Made by a program: the position numbers and the translations under genes. Below, in pieces: positions 62,986 through 64,000 of a stretch of DNA of 64,000 nt. The stretch comes from Vicugna vicugna (taxonomy: Eukaryota), in contig MU061578.1 of the NCBI GenBank assembly GCA_013265495.1, positions 1,931,308-1,995,307 of the forward strand, given 5' to 3'. The notes below the pieces were generated by a model that worked only from the letters and a program-made list of their open reading frames with translations, was not told where the DNA came from and made no database searches. Each line of letters begins with the position of its first letter. Positions within the stretch are counted from its first letter, which is position 1.

Positions 62986-63123
62986 TATTTGTTTCTGTTT
63001 GTGCTGCTACAACAAAAATACCACCAAAGAAACCCGGCTTAAACAATAGACATTTATTTCTCACAGTTCTGGAGGCAAGAAGTCCAGATCCAGGTGCCAG
63101 CAGACTCGGCTCCTGGGGAGAGC
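62986..63123 (-). mobile_element. MLT1 MaLR LTR fragment
   Basis: GGCTTAAACAATAGACATTTATTTCTCACAGTTCTGGAGGCAAGAAGTCCAGATCCAGGTGCCAGCAG. Confidence 0.88.
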
Positions 63124-63809
63124 TAAGATCTACCTACATGGGCTAGTTTAAAAATAATTGAATATGTTAAATTTTTGAGTTCGGTCACAATGGGCTTTTG
63201 AGCAAAGAGGTTCCAGCCAGCAGTGAAGAAATAAACAACCTGGGGCCACATATGGGGACTTGTTAGCAAAACAATGATCAAATCCTGTTTGAAGGCAGGA
63301 GAACAGAGATCCACAGCCAAAGAGATCCACTCCCAGACTCTGAAAGAAGACAGTCAGCAGGAGCAGCAAGATCATGTACCCAAAGGGGCAGGGGTGGGGA
63401 GGGGGGCGCCTGCATGAACAGAGCATCCTTTAAGGAAGGATCAGCAGCAGCGTGGGAGGATGTGCGTCTAGAGTGGCCAGACCATAGGGTTTGTAAGAGA
63501 TACGGATCCTGTTTTCGATGCCAAGTATCTCACAGTGAAACACTGACAAATAATACAAACTTCAAATACATAGTGTGGAACTTCGAATACGTAGTGTGGC
63601 TCCAGCAAAACTCCTCCAGTGGCCAGTTACAGCCTGCGGGAGCCAGCTTCTGTTTCTGTTTCAGCCAACCTCTGTTTCTGACTCCAGGGCAGATGAAAAT
63701 GAGCACGAGTTCCACATGGGGTACATGTGGGGCACCAGGAGGAAGGTCCGGGCCAGCGCTGACCAAGTGAGGGGCTTGCTTCTCCCATGATCTTTTTTAG
63801 CTGCTTGTT

Positions 63810-64000
63810 CTTTTTCTTTTTTTTTTTTAATTTCTTAATGTGGTAAAATACCACATTAACATAACATAAAACCTACCATGTAACCATTGTTAAATAGGCA
63901 ATTCAGTGACATTTAGAACTTTCATAACGTGGTGCGACTACCACCGCTATCCTTCTCCAGAGCTTTTTCATCCTCTCAAATGAAATTCGGTTCCTGTTTA
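63810..64000 (-). mobile_element. L1MB-type 3' end (runs off the window)
   Basis: Poly-T then TGTGGTAAAATA...AACATAAAACCTACCATGTAACCATT...AATTCAGTGACATTTAGAACTTTCATAACGTGGTGCGACTACCACC. Confidence 0.8.

Noticed and set aside
1..64000. Naming a host gene or a novel multi-gene system
   Set aside because: No coding exon was recognised. Locus identity needs BLAT of the unique segments, and nothing in the sequence supports a new system.

Overview
Mammalian non-coding DNA (intergenic or a large intron), most likely from a camelid. The species call is an inference from three tRNA-Ala-derived SINEs with camelid-type tails, cetartiodactyl-type young L1 3' ends, and no Alu, BovB/Bov-tA or PRE1 that I could see. 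I can support no protein-coding gene, functional RNA gene, CRISPR array or prokaryotic system. The only recognisable protein similarity in the ORF track is L1 ORF2 debris. The window is a mosaic of ancient repeats (MIR, L2, MLT1 LTRs, hAT/Tigger DNA transposons, L1M), younger L1 and SINE insertions with target-site duplications, and unique stretches that look regulatory. The most notable signals are four strong CTCF-core matches (three forward, one reverse, the reverse one inside an old L1), a dense neural-type TF motif cluster, a perfect duplication-with-deletion, a perfect AT-rich hairpin, an isolated internal L1 ORF2 fragment, and several exon-like non-coding cassettes. Repeat family names come from recalled consensus sequences and boundaries are approximate unless TSDs are quoted. 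I found no evidence for a novel biological system.
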